DNA of 53,891 nucleotides from a virus (Duplodnaviria; Caudoviricetes), in IMG/VR virus record IMGVR_UViG_3300001336_000022, positions 1-53,891 of that record, one strand, 5' to 3'. The notes beneath the pieces were generated by a model. The model made no database searches, was not told the DNA's origin, and saw only the letters and a list, made by a program, of their open reading frames with translations. A program made the position numbers and the translations under genes. Position 1 is the stretch's first letter; the number at the start of each line of letters is the position of its first letter. Of this stretch, positions 29,408 through 39,966 are shown in pieces.

Positions 29408-29614
29408 AAGCGGATGCTCGCAAAGAGAGATTTGCCGCCAGTTGAAAATCGGCGACTCCCGGAAGGTCAAAAACATCTTATCTCATCATGACATACAAAC
29501 ATCATATGGTTCGCACACAGAAACTATGAAAGAACTCTATGAGTGTGTGAAATGGACTACTACAACAACCCCGAAGAAATTATTCGTGAAACCCTTGAAT
29601 ATCTGAGATCATAA
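29367..29614 (+). pseudogene. Internally deleted free-standing endonuclease remnant between the split-intein halves
   Basis: HTH N-terminus (IVKLAESGCSQREICRQLKI). An alternate frame 29543-29614 reads VCEMDYYNNPEEIIRETLEYLRS*, like the tail of Vsr/DUF559-type endonucleases, and its TAA abuts the IntC ATG. Confidence 0.6.
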
Positions 29615-30799
<1,185 letters not shown>

Positions 30800-30826
30800 T
30801 ATCCGAATCGCGGAACATTGAGAATG

Positions 30827-30833
30827 CTAAATA
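30827..30833 (+). promoter_or_regulatory. Late promoter motif CTAAATA upstream of gp18
   Basis: Intergenic, ~45 nt before the ATG. Confidence 0.7.
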
Positions 30834-30877
30834 ACCTCGTATAAAACAGAACAAACACTCCCTTTAGGAGATACAAC

Positions 30878-33004
30878 ATGCCTTTTCAATTGTCACCCGG
30901 AATCGAAATCCAAGAGCGTGATCTTACCACAATCATTCCCGCAGTCGCGACGACTGCTGGTGGGTTCGTGGGTGCGTTTGTCTGGGGTCCAGTAAACCAA
31001 AGAGTCCTGATTGATAGTGCAAAAAACCTAAGATCTCTCTTTGGCGATGCACCCAACGATCAAGCATACATTTCCGGTGGAATCAACGGCGCAGCAGTTG
31101 ACTGGCTCACCGCAGGGGCGTTTCTAGGGTATGGAAACAACTTGAATGTTGTTCGTATCGTCGGAAGCGGATCTAACAGCGCAAACAGTGCTGGGACTAC
31201 CAGTGCAGTTGCAATCAACAACGATTCAGATTTTGAATCGAAGTCGGACTTGGGATTCGGAGCATCTTATGGTAACTTCGTCGCGAAGTATCCGGGTGCT
31301 TTGGGTAACAGTCTCATGGTGTCTATCTGTGACAACCTTGGCGTTGGTACAAGCACCGGACAGGTTTACCGAATCGTTTGTGATGCTGCTGACGAAGGCA
31401 CTTTCACCGATGTTCCAAACCCGAACCCACAAACCGCAATCGGTAGCACTTGGGCGGGTATTGGATCCGACACGGTTATGCCAACTGCGAACACCGGATT
31501 CAAGTTGCTTTCTAAGCGTCAAGAGGGAACTTCGTTCGTCTACTATGTCGAGTCTACAGGCAGTGCTTTTGCTTCAACTCTTGATGGTGTGACTTCGGGA
31601 AGCCTCTACCTTTGGTTCGCAGAAGATGTCCGATTCGCAATCAATGTTGATGCTGACGGCGACTTTGAAGTTTACAAGTCAAACTCCGCGACCGATGTCA
31701 ACTTCGGAACGGCGTTCAATGTCTGGGAATACCGAGACAACTTCGAAGACAATCCCGGAACCTCTGAATACACAACGGCTGTTGCCGGATCCAATGATGA
31801 ATTTCACATTGTGGTTATCGACCAAGTTGGTCTATGGTCTGGAACACCGGGAACTGTTCTCGAAAGATTCCCGTTTGTTTCGAAAGCAGCAGATGCTAAG
31901 AAGGATGATGGGACTTCGAATTACTGGGTTGATGTTCTAAGAACTTCTTCTCGATACATTTGGGGTACAGACGCTACTTTCCCAAGCAGCACGGGATCCG
32001 AAGAATTCTCTGGCGATGCTGAAAGTAACACTTTCGGTTCAGTAGGTGTTCGAGACTTTGTTCTCTCTGGTGGTGCCAACGGTTCACTACCGACAGCAGC
32101 AAACTATGTCACGGCATACACCGATTACTTTGCAGACCCGGAAGAAGTTGATGTCCAACTTCTCATCGGTAACGGAGCAAACAGCGAAGTTGATGCAAAG
32201 ACCATTGCCGACTCTCTCATCAGTATTGCAAGTGCTCGTCGAGACTGCTTGGCGTTCATTTCGCCTGCTCTCAATGATGTCAACCTTGCCGACAAGAATA
32301 CGGTTCTCAAGAATCTTCTAGAATTCCGTAACACTTTGACCAGCAGTTCTTACGCTGTTCTGAACAGCGGTTGGAAGCGTCGATTTGATGCCGCTAATGA
32401 TACTGAGCGTTGGATCCCACTCACCGGTGATATCGCGGGTCTTTGTGTTCGAACCGACCAACTTGCTGATTCATGGTTTAGCCCCGGTGGTTTCAACCGT
32501 GGTCAAATCCGAAACAGTATCCGTCTGGCATACAACCCGAACAAAGTGGCAAGAGATAGACTGTATGCGGCTGGTATCAATCCTGTCGTCGCATTCCAAG
32601 GTGAAGGAACCGTTCTTTACGGTGACCGAACCCTCTTGAGCCGCCCATCTGCTTTCCGCTCAATCGGAGTTCGTCGTCTGTTTATCGTCATGGAAAAAGC
32701 AATTGCAACGGCTTCGAAGTACTTCCTCTTTGAGTTCAACGATGTTGCAACTCGGGCAGCATTCCGAAACCTTGTTGAACCGTTCCTGCGAAACATTCAG
32801 GGGCGACGAGGCATCACCGATTTCCGTGTTATCTGTGATAATACAAACAACACGGCGGAAATCATTGATTCGAACAACTTTGTTGCTGACATCTTTGTAA
32901 AGCCAAACCGTTCGATCAACTTCATTCAACTCAACTTCATCGCGACACCAACCGGTATCTCGTTTGAAGAAGCATCATCGGGTAACGCCGGAATCAATCA
33001 GTAA
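30878..33004 (+). CDS. gp18: Tail sheath protein gp18
   Basis: MPFQLSPGIEIQERDLT, FVWGPV, AKYPGALGN, WFSPGGFNRG, INPVV..G.GTVLYGDRT, VRRLF, FEFND, KPNRSINFI; AGGAG RBS. Confidence 0.97.
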   Translation: MPFQLSPGIEIQERDLTTIIPAVATTAGGFVGAFVWGPVNQRVLIDSAKNLRSLFGDAPNDQAYISGGINGAAVDWLTAGAFLGYGNNLNVVRIVGSGSNSANSAGTTSAVAINNDSDFESKSDLGFGASYGNFVAKYPGALGNSLMVSICDNLGVGTSTGQVYRIVCDAADEGTFTDVPNPNPQTAIGSTWAGIGSDTVMPTANTGFKLLSKRQEGTSFVYYVESTGSAFASTLDGVTSGSLYLWFAEDVRFAINVDADGDFEVYKSNSATDVNFGTAFNVWEYRDNFEDNPGTSEYTTAVAGSNDEFHIVVIDQVGLWSGTPGTVLERFPFVSKAADAKKDDGTSNYWVDVLRTSSRYIWGTDATFPSSTGSEEFSGDAESNTFGSVGVRDFVLSGGANGSLPTAANYVTAYTDYFADPEEVDVQLLIGNGANSEVDAKTIADSLISIASARRDCLAFISPALNDVNLADKNTVLKNLLEFRNTLTSSSYAVLNSGWKRRFDAANDTERWIPLTGDIAGLCVRTDQLADSWFSPGGFNRGQIRNSIRLAYNPNKVARDRLYAAGINPVVAFQGEGTVLYGDRTLLSRPSAFRSIGVRRLFIVMEKAIATASKYFLFEFNDVATRAAFRNLVEPFLRNIQGRRGITDFRVICDNTNNTAEIIDSNNFVADIFVKPNRSINFIQLNFIATPTGISFEEASSGNAGINQ

Positions 33005-33028
33005 TCCAGTAGCGCGAGGTAACTATAC

Positions 33029-33646
33029 ATGTCACGAATCGACGATTTCAAAATGGCAATGAGTGGGGGTGGTCTAAGACCAAACCTATTCCGTGTCCGG
33101 GGTAACTTTCCCGGTGGTGCCACCGGTCCCTTGGGGACCGCTCTGGGTGCAATCGCTGGTGCAGTCGGGGGAGATGCTGGTGATGCTCTAGGTGGTGCCG
33201 CAAACCTTTTGGGTGGCGGTGGACCTGCTAGAAAACTTGAGTTTCTTTGCAAAGCCGCTGCTATCCCAGCGTCCACTCTGGGATCGGTCGCAGTTCCATA
33301 CCGTGGTCGGCAGGTCAAAATTCCGGGAGACCGAACCTTTGAGGATTGGACGATTACAATCCTTGAAGATACAGACTTTTCCATCCGAGATGCGTTTGAG
33401 CGTTGGAGCAATGCTATCAACTCTCACCGTGAAAACATTGGCACAACAAGTCTGCTACAAATCGGACAACGATGGGAAGTTGACCAGTTGGACAGATCCG
33501 GTTCGGTTCTCCGAACTTACACCATCGAAGACTGCTTCCCAACAAGCATTGCAGAAATCCCACTCTCGATGGAATCCAACGATGCCATTTCTGAATACAG
33601 TGTTACGCTGGCATATTCTTACTGGACCTCTGCTTCGACAACCTAA
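33029..33646 (+). CDS. gp19: Tail tube protein gp19
   Basis: GGGLRPNLFRV, FLCKAAAIPAS, PYRGRQVKIPGDRTFEDWTIT, VDQLDRSG, FPTSI. Confidence 0.95.
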   Translation: MSRIDDFKMAMSGGGLRPNLFRVRGNFPGGATGPLGTALGAIAGAVGGDAGDALGGAANLLGGGGPARKLEFLCKAAAIPASTLGSVAVPYRGRQVKIPGDRTFEDWTITILEDTDFSIRDAFERWSNAINSHRENIGTTSLLQIGQRWEVDQLDRSGSVLRTYTIEDCFPTSIAEIPLSMESNDAISEYSVTLAYSYWTSASTT

Positions 33647-33691
33647 CACAATTATTGCATTATAACACCATTCATGTTAGTGTGCAAAGCA

Positions 33692-33746
33692 GACCCGCCA
33701 TGCCTCTCGTCACCCGCAGGACGATGCACACTTTGGCGGGTTTTTT
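33692..33746 (+). terminator. Intrinsic terminator with an extended hairpin after gp19
   Basis: ACCCGCCA...TGGCGGGT followed by a T-run; inner TCGTC/GACGA pairing. Confidence 0.65.
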
Positions 33747-33750
33747 AGTC

Positions 33751-33757
33751 CTACATA
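33751..33757 (+). promoter_or_regulatory. Late promoter variant CTACATA upstream of gp20
   Basis: Immediately after the gp19 terminator, 30 nt before the ATG. Confidence 0.65.
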
Positions 33758-33787
33758 TATGATGAGTCCCCCTTATAGGAAAACACG

Positions 33788-35503
33788 ATGGCAGGAATGA
33801 CAAAAAAATACCAGTTTGCAGGGTGGCAGTTCAAAGCCACTAAGAAGCAAACTTCGAACATGAGAAAACTTGGGTCTTTTGCGAGACCCATGGATATAGA
33901 CGGCTCTTATACCATCGAAGCCAGTGGTGGATTTTTCGGTCAGGCAATCGACCTTGATGCTGTATTCCAAAGTGAAGTCGAACTCATCCAGAAGTATCGA
34001 GAGATTTCTAGTATCCCAGAAGTCGATATGGCGATTGAGGACATTGTAACTGCCAGTATCGTGACGGGTGACCAAGAGCAAATCATCGAATTGGACTTGG
34101 GTAAAACTGAAGTTGATGAGGCGACCAAAGAGAAGATGCAAGAATCCTTTGATGAGATTCTTGAACTTTTAGACTTCAACACTGAATGTTATGACTTGTT
34201 TCGAAGATGGTATATCGACGGGAAGATTTACTTCCATAAGATCGTAGACACCAACAAACCAAAAAATGGGATTCAGGAACTTCGTCAGATTGATCCGACC
34301 CGAATGCAGAAGATCCGAGAAATCGTCGAAGAAACGGATGAGTCTGGAAACACGATTATCAAGGATTACCAAGAATACTACACTTACCTTGACGATTCGT
34401 CGTGGGGCGGATACGGATATGGCGGAAACAAGGTTTCTGTTTTCCCTGATGCTATTGCTTATGCCCCATCCGGTCTATATGACCCACAGAAAAACATGGT
34501 GTTAGGGTATCTTTACAAAGCAATCCGACCAGCAAACCAGTTGAGAATGCTTGAGCATGCTGTTGTGATTTACCGACTTGCCCGCGCACCTGAACGCCGA
34601 GCGTTTTACATTGACACCGGTTCGCTTCCTAAAAATCGAGCAGAGCAGTATGTCCGCAAACTCATGACTCAGTATCGCAACAAGATTGTTTACGATGCAA
34701 ACACTGGTGAACTGAGAGACAACAACCGCCACTTGGCAATGACCGAAGACTACTGGCTACCGCGTCGTGAAGGGTCTCAGGGAACCCAAATTGAGACTTT
34801 GCAGGGCGGTCAAAACTTGGGAGAAATCGAAGATGTTCGATACTTCCAAAAGAAACTCTATCAATCGCTCTATATTCCGATCACCCGACTTGAACCCGAA
34901 ACCGGGTTTAGTCTGGGTCGAGCGTCAGAAATGACCAGAGACGAATTGAAGTTTTCGAAGTTTGTTGATCGACTGCGAACCCGCTTTGCTGCTATTTTCT
35001 ATGATCTTCTCAAAACTCAGGTTATTCTCAAGGGTATTATGACCCTAGATGAATGGCAAGAAATCTCCAACGACATTTTCTTTGACTTCCGCCGTGACAG
35101 CCATTTCACCGAACTCAAAGAAGCGGAATTGATGACCGAGAGAATGAACTTACTTCAAAGTCTCGATCCATATGTCGGCAAGTATTTCTCACACCGACAG
35201 ATTAGGCTCGATATTCTTCGCCAAACCGAAGAAGAAATCGACGAAATCGACAAGCAGATTGAGAAAGAGAAAGACAATTCCCAATACGCGGATGCAGACA
35301 ATGATGGTTTTGGTGGCGGTGGGTTTGGTGGCGGTGGGTTTGGAGATGAACCGGGTGGTGGATCCGATCAATCCGATGATGACGAGGGTGGGTTTGGGTA
35401 TGATGAACCACCCACACCATCTTCCAGAGAACCGGGTCTTCCACCGGAGCAACAACTTCCGGATGACGAAGACAAAAAAGATTCGCAGAGGGGTGATCAA
35501 TGA
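33788..35503 (+). CDS. gp20: Portal vertex protein gp20
   Basis: FRRWYIDG, YLYKAIRPANQLRMLEHAVVIYRLARAPERRAFYIDTG.LP, EDYWLPRREG, RDELKFSKF. Confidence 0.97.
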   Translation: MAGMTKKYQFAGWQFKATKKQTSNMRKLGSFARPMDIDGSYTIEASGGFFGQAIDLDAVFQSEVELIQKYREISSIPEVDMAIEDIVTASIVTGDQEQIIELDLGKTEVDEATKEKMQESFDEILELLDFNTECYDLFRRWYIDGKIYFHKIVDTNKPKNGIQELRQIDPTRMQKIREIVEETDESGNTIIKDYQEYYTYLDDSSWGGYGYGGNKVSVFPDAIAYAPSGLYDPQKNMVLGYLYKAIRPANQLRMLEHAVVIYRLARAPERRAFYIDTGSLPKNRAEQYVRKLMTQYRNKIVYDANTGELRDNNRHLAMTEDYWLPRREGSQGTQIETLQGGQNLGEIEDVRYFQKKLYQSLYIPITRLEPETGFSLGRASEMTRDELKFSKFVDRLRTRFAAIFYDLLKTQVILKGIMTLDEWQEISNDIFFDFRRDSHFTELKEAELMTERMNLLQSLDPYVGKYFSHRQIRLDILRQTEEEIDEIDKQIEKEKDNSQYADADNDGFGGGGFGGGGFGDEPGGGSDQSDDDEGGFGYDEPPTPSSREPGLPPEQQLPDDEDKKDSQRGDQ

Positions 35504-36087
35504 GACTAAATCTATCCGAAGCCGCGCCACCGGACAAGTCTATTGAGACTTGGATCAAGAAAAACAAGAAGCGGTTTACTGACCGCTACGGTGAAGACGA
35601 GGGTGTTTCAATTCTCTATGGTAGAGCATGGGACATGTATAACTCCCGCAAGGAGAAAAGCGAATCGCTCTCTGAAGAAACAATTCGCGTCAAGTTTGCC
35701 AACCCATCCAAAGCCAAGTTGTTTGTAAACACTGCCAAAGATCTTGGATTGGTCAAGAAAGATTCGGTTTCAGGGAACACGGCGACCATTGTTTCACAGA
35801 GTGGTAGTGGTGATATCGTGAAGTCACTTGCCGACGATGCGGATGGAATTCTTGTTGAAAATTGGAACTCAGTTTTCGAGGCGATCTACACAAAGAATTC
35901 TCAGTCTGTCGGTTCTATCAAACTGAGTCCCGTTCAGGCATCGGCACTACTTTTGTTCTCAGAATCCCTATCCGATCCAAACAAACGCCGACTAATATCC
36001 GAGTTCAACGATGGGAATTCGCTAAATACTCTTGTAGAACAGTCACTAAACTGGTATCTACACAACCATGTTTCGGAGAAGAAATAA
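35500..36087 (+). CDS. Probable prohead core protein (gp67/gp68 region)
   Basis: Lies between portal and gp21; KKRFTDRYGEDE..ILYGRAW motif; LxE putative cleavage sites. Confidence 0.55.
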   Translation: MRLNLSEAAPPDKSIETWIKKNKKRFTDRYGEDEGVSILYGRAWDMYNSRKEKSESLSEETIRVKFANPSKAKLFVNTAKDLGLVKKDSVSGNTATIVSQSGSGDIVKSLADDADGILVENWNSVFEAIYTKNSQSVGSIKLSPVQASALLLFSESLSDPNKRRLISEFNDGNSLNTLVEQSLNWYLHNHVSEKK

Positions 36088-36089
36088 CA

Positions 36090-36254
36090 ATGGACAGCCG
36101 ACTTTCAATTCGTAAAATGCTCCGCTCATATCAAAACGGAGACTTTCGGTCTGCGAAGAAACACTTTCAGACTGCAATGAACACCAAAGCCCACATTGCA
36201 TTGGAAGATCGAAAGATTGAAGTTGCAAAGGGTATGTTCAAAAAGGACAAGTAA
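36090..36254 (+). CDS. Small prohead core protein (gp67-like)
   Basis: MDSRLSIRK...AKKHFQTAMNTKAHIALEDRKIEVAKGMF, the 3' part of listed ORF 35862..36254; stop overlaps the gp21 start. Confidence 0.65.
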   Translation: MDSRLSIRKMLRSYQNGDFRSAKKHFQTAMNTKAHIALEDRKIEVAKGMFKKDK

Positions 36255-36904
36255 TGGCTCGACTTATTACTGAATACAATCCTGAGATCTCTGTTCTTAC
36301 CGAAAGCAACGGTAAAGAGAAATCTTATTACATCGAAGGAATATTCCTTCAAGGGGATATTCGAAACGGTAACAACCGTGTATACCCCATGCCAGTTTTG
36401 GACCGGGAAACCGCTCGATACATCAAAGAATCTATCGACACCAATCGCGGCTACGGTGAACTGGAACACCCGGAAGAACCGAAGATCCACCTAGAACGAG
36501 TCAGCCATAAAATCGTATCCCTCAAGAAAGAGGGAAAGAATTACATTGGTAAGGCTTTGATTCTGGATACCCCCAAAGGGCAAACTGTCAAAGGTTTGCT
36601 CAAGGGTGGGTTCAATCTAGGCGTGTCTTCACGCGGCGTTGGTTCAGTCGAAGAACGAAACGCGGTGAGTTATGTTCAGGAAGACTTTCGTCTTGTCACG
36701 GCTGCTGACATCGTTGCTGATCCATCGGCTCCGAGTGCATTCGTCAATGGAATCATGGAAGGTGTTGTGTGGGTATACCGCAACAGCAACTGGGTTCGCA
36801 AGGCAGAGATTGCACGAAAAGTCATTAAGAACACCCCCAGTCGCAAACTTCGAATGGCGGAAGCCAAGGTCTTCGAAGATTTCATGAATGATCTCAGAGG
36901 GTAA
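36254..36904 (+). CDS. gp21: Prohead protease gp21
   Basis: YIEGIFLQGDIRNGNNRVYP, GELEHP, VSHKI, LGVSSRGVGS, DIVADPSAPSAFVNGIME. Confidence 0.97.
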   Translation: MARLITEYNPEISVLTESNGKEKSYYIEGIFLQGDIRNGNNRVYPMPVLDRETARYIKESIDTNRGYGELEHPEEPKIHLERVSHKIVSLKKEGKNYIGKALILDTPKGQTVKGLLKGGFNLGVSSRGVGSVEERNAVSYVQEDFRLVTAADIVADPSAPSAFVNGIMEGVVWVYRNSNWVRKAEIARKVIKNTPSRKLRMAEAKVFEDFMNDLRG

Positions 36905-36930
36905 AGTTTCACTCTGAAACCACAGATTTC

Positions 36931-36937
36931 CTAAATA
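36931..36937 (+). promoter_or_regulatory. Late promoter motif CTAAATA upstream of gp22
   Basis: Intergenic, ~40 nt before the ATG. Confidence 0.7.
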
Positions 36938-36978
36938 AACAACAGATTGACCAAGACCATTTACAGGAGATATTCCAC

Positions 36979-38505
36979 ATGGCATCTGAATTAAACGCAA
37001 TTGAAGAAGCACGCAGACTGATGGAAGGTGCTGCCGATTCAATTCAAGGCAAGAATACCAAAGATGAAATGAGTGACCAAGAAGACGCAGATGCCGTAGA
37101 TGCTTCCGCAGAGCAGGAGCGTGATGGCACCGAGGAAACCTCTGGTGACTCTGAAAATCGTCAAGACTCAAACACTTCTGATACTCGCAGTATGCAAGAG
37201 TCAGATTATGAGGATGATGACGAGGAAGAAATGGAAGAATCGAAATCCGAAGTCAAGCCCGAGTATGATGAACTCGACAATAACCCGAACGATGAGGGTC
37301 TTATCGAGTCTGATGACGAGGACGATGAAGACGAAGATGTTATCGAGTCGGATGACGAAGATGACGAAGATGACGATTCTGAAACCGTCTCCGAGCGTAT
37401 CATGAGAATGGTCCGCGAAATGGATGACGAAGACGAAGACGACGAAATGTCTGAGTCTGACGATGAAGACGAAGATGATGACAAAGAAATGTCTGAGTCG
37501 GATGATGACTACGAAGACGAAGACGACGAAATGTCTGAGTCCGATGATGAGGATTATGATGACGAAGAAATGTCTGAGTCTGACGATGAAGACGAAGATG
37601 ACGAAATGTCTGAATCCGACGACTATGACGACTATGACGACGAAACTGACGATATGGTTGAGAAGCGTCTAAAGGAAATGGACGACGACGAGGAAAACAA
37701 AGAGAAGATGGACGAGCATTACAACGCTATCTTCTCTAAGAGTCAGAAGAACCTCACCGAGGAATTCAAGGCTCATACCCGAACCGTCTTCGAAGCCGCT
37801 GTTCGTGAGCGTGTACACGGTCTTGCTCACTCTCTAACTGAGCATTACAAGACCAAGTATGCCGTTGCAAAGACCAAGGCATATAACCGCGCAAACAAGC
37901 AGGTTGAAAACCTAGTTGATGGTATTGACCGATTCCTCTCGGCGACCATCAATGAGTGGGTTGAAGATAACCAAACGGCAATTGATAGCGGTCTCCGTGG
38001 TGAACTTCTTGAATCTCTCCAAGAGAACATCTTCCGTGTCTTCGAAGAACACCACATTGAAGTGCCTACGGGTAAGTTCAATGTTCTCGATGAGATGCAC
38101 AAGGAAACCGAAATCCTCAAGACTGAACTCAGTGAGCAGATCGCTAAGAATGTTGAACTACGCAACAAACTCAATGAGCAAAACTGCGAGCGTGAGTTTG
38201 ATCGTCTGACTTCAAACCTTTCTTCGGTCGGTCGTGCAAAGATTGCCCGTCTTGCGGAAGGTATCGAAACTTCTGATCCCAAGAAGTATTCTTCGAAGAT
38301 CAAGACCCTCGTTGAGACCTACAGCGAAGATCGTAAGACTTCGCGTTCGAACAAGCCAACTAAGGATACTACCGAAACGATTGTCAATGGTAAGTCCCGA
38401 AACCTCAGTGAGGTCAAGGAACTCATCGACGACGAATACGCCGGAATGGATCCGCTCACCAAGTCTCTAATTGAAGGCGCAAACCGCGTCATCCGTGATT
38501 TCTAA
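36979..38505 (+). CDS. gp22: Prohead scaffolding protein gp22 with an expanded acidic repeat region
   Basis: LTEEFK...VFEAAV, EWVEDNQTAIDSGLRGEL, EHHIEVP; located between gp21 and gp23; AGGAG RBS. Confidence 0.92.
   Translation: MASELNAIEEARRLMEGAADSIQGKNTKDEMSDQEDADAVDASAEQERDGTEETSGDSENRQDSNTSDTRSMQESDYEDDDEEEMEESKSEVKPEYDELDNNPNDEGLIESDDEDDEDEDVIESDDEDDEDDDSETVSERIMRMVREMDDEDEDDEMSESDDEDEDDDKEMSESDDDYEDEDDEMSESDDEDYDDEEMSESDDEDEDDEMSESDDYDDYDDETDDMVEKRLKEMDDDEENKEKMDEHYNAIFSKSQKNLTEEFKAHTRTVFEAAVRERVHGLAHSLTEHYKTKYAVAKTKAYNRANKQVENLVDGIDRFLSATINEWVEDNQTAIDSGLRGELLESLQENIFRVFEEHHIEVPTGKFNVLDEMHKETEILKTELSEQIAKNVELRNKLNEQNCEREFDRLTSNLSSVGRAKIARLAEGIETSDPKKYSSKIKTLVETYSEDRKTSRSNKPTKDTTETIVNGKSRNLSEVKELIDDEYAGMDPLTKSLIEGANRVIRDF
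37186..37700 (+). repeat. Degenerate tandem repeats encoding EMSESDDEDEDD-type units
   Basis: GAAATGTCTGAGTC/GAAATGTCTGAATC recurs five times, plus TTATCGAGTC twice. Confidence 0.85.
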
Positions 38506-38523
38506 TCTGAAAGTTCTAATTTA

Positions 38524-38530
38524 CTAAATA
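38524..38530 (+). promoter_or_regulatory. gp55-type late promoter motif CTAAATA upstream of gp23
   Basis: Variant of T4 TATAAATA. Same motif before gp18 (30827), the gp67-like gene (36022) and gp22 (36931). Confidence 0.75.
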
Positions 38531-38584
38531 CCACTGTTGGGGAAATGTTACCCCGATCCAGTGTTCACAAAGGGAGAATCCACA

Positions 38585-39931
38585 ATGGACTTCAATGATC
38601 AAATGAATATGTACGAATCTCTTTCGAAGCAGTGGAAGCCTCTGCTTGAAAGTAAGAAATATCCGCAGATCAAGGACTCTTACCGCAAGCGAGTGACTTC
38701 TGTTCTTCTAGAGAACCAGAAGAAGTTCCTGCGTGAGTCTAGCGATCATCATAACAAGACCGGCAATGTTGACAAGTGGGATCCAATTCTCATCAGTCTC
38801 GTTCGCCGTGCAGCCCCACAGTTGATCGCTTACGATATCTGTGGTGTTCAGCCAATGAGCGGTCCTACCGGTCTCGTATTCGCTCTCCGAGCAGCATACG
38901 GTAAGAACGGTGGAAGTGTCGAAGCGGCACAGGAAAATGAGGCTCTTGGTCTCACTGAACCAGCATCCGCGTTCTCTGGTACTTCGGCTCTTGGACAGAC
39001 TTCTTCGGTTGGAACCCAAGACTTCTCGTTCGGTGTGAGCGGTGCATCCCGTTCAGACCTCGGTACCACTAACGCAATCATCGGTCGTGGTCTCGATACT
39101 GCGATTGGTGAGCGTCTTGGTTCTGCCAATAATGAAGCATTCAACGAAATGTCGATCAACATCGACAAGACTTCGGTTGAAGCAAAGACCCGTGGTCTCA
39201 AGGCTGAATACACCATGGAACTTGAGCAAGACCTCAAGGCTCTCCACGGTCTCGATGCCCAGACCGAACTCGCCAACATGCTCTCGACTGAAATCCTTGC
39301 GGAAATCAACCGAGAAATCATCCGTCTCATCTACAAGGTCGCTAAGACTGGTGCGCAGCAGACCACGACTGCGGGTGCATTCGACCTGCAAGTTGACTCT
39401 GACGGTCGCTGGTCGGTTGAGCGATTCAAGGGTCTCTTGTTCCAGATCGAGCGTGAGTGCAACGCGATTGCCAAGGAAACTCGCCGTGGCAAGGGTAACT
39501 TCATCATCACTTCGAGTGATGTTGCTGCCGCCCTCGCAATGGCTGGTGTTCTTGACTACGCTCCTGCGCTTCAGTCGAACCTTGAAGTTGACGATACCGG
39601 TAACACCTTTGCTGGTACCATCAACGGTCGAATCAAGGTTTTCATTGACCCTTACCACTCTGCCTCAGCAAACAACGAATACTTCGTTGCTGGCTACAAG
39701 GGTCCTAACGCGATGGATGCTGGTCTGTTCTACTGCCCGTATGTTCCGCTCCAGATGGTACAGGCAGTTGGTGAAGATACCTTCCAGCCGAAGATCGGCT
39801 TCAAGACTCGCTACGGCGTTGTCGCGAACCCGTTCGTCGTCAATGGTAGTAACACCCCCGACGCACAGAATATGACTGCGAACATCAACCAGTATTACCG
39901 CTATGTCCATGTCGCTAACCTGCTTGCCTAA
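38585..39931 (+). CDS. gp23: Major capsid protein gp23 (ATG at 38585; listed ORF starts 38537)
   Basis: LLENQ, DPILISLVRRAAPQLIAYDICGVQPMSGPTGLVFA, AKTRGLKAEYT.EL.QDLKA.HGLDA, DAGLFYCPYVPL, FQPKIGFKTRYG. Confidence 0.98.
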   Translation: MDFNDQMNMYESLSKQWKPLLESKKYPQIKDSYRKRVTSVLLENQKKFLRESSDHHNKTGNVDKWDPILISLVRRAAPQLIAYDICGVQPMSGPTGLVFALRAAYGKNGGSVEAAQENEALGLTEPASAFSGTSALGQTSSVGTQDFSFGVSGASRSDLGTTNAIIGRGLDTAIGERLGSANNEAFNEMSINIDKTSVEAKTRGLKAEYTMELEQDLKALHGLDAQTELANMLSTEILAEINREIIRLIYKVAKTGAQQTTTAGAFDLQVDSDGRWSVERFKGLLFQIERECNAIAKETRRGKGNFIITSSDVAAALAMAGVLDYAPALQSNLEVDDTGNTFAGTINGRIKVFIDPYHSASANNEYFVAGYKGPNAMDAGLFYCPYVPLQMVQAVGEDTFQPKIGFKTRYGVVANPFVVNGSNTPDAQNMTANINQYYRYVHVANLLA

Positions 39932-39966
39932 TAGCAGATAACATGGACCTCTACAAGGTCTAAAAC

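Noticed and set aside
37186-37700. CRISPR-like array or poly-Ser antisense ORF 37206..37484
   Set aside because: Repeats are in-frame, degenerate and codon-structured within gp22; the poly-Ser ORF is the antisense shadow of Asp/Glu codons.
38708-39910. Long overlapping ORFs (e.g. 39042..39875 +, 39053..39658 -) inside gp23
   Set aside because: Expected shadows of strong codon bias in a highly expressed gene; no recognisable motifs.
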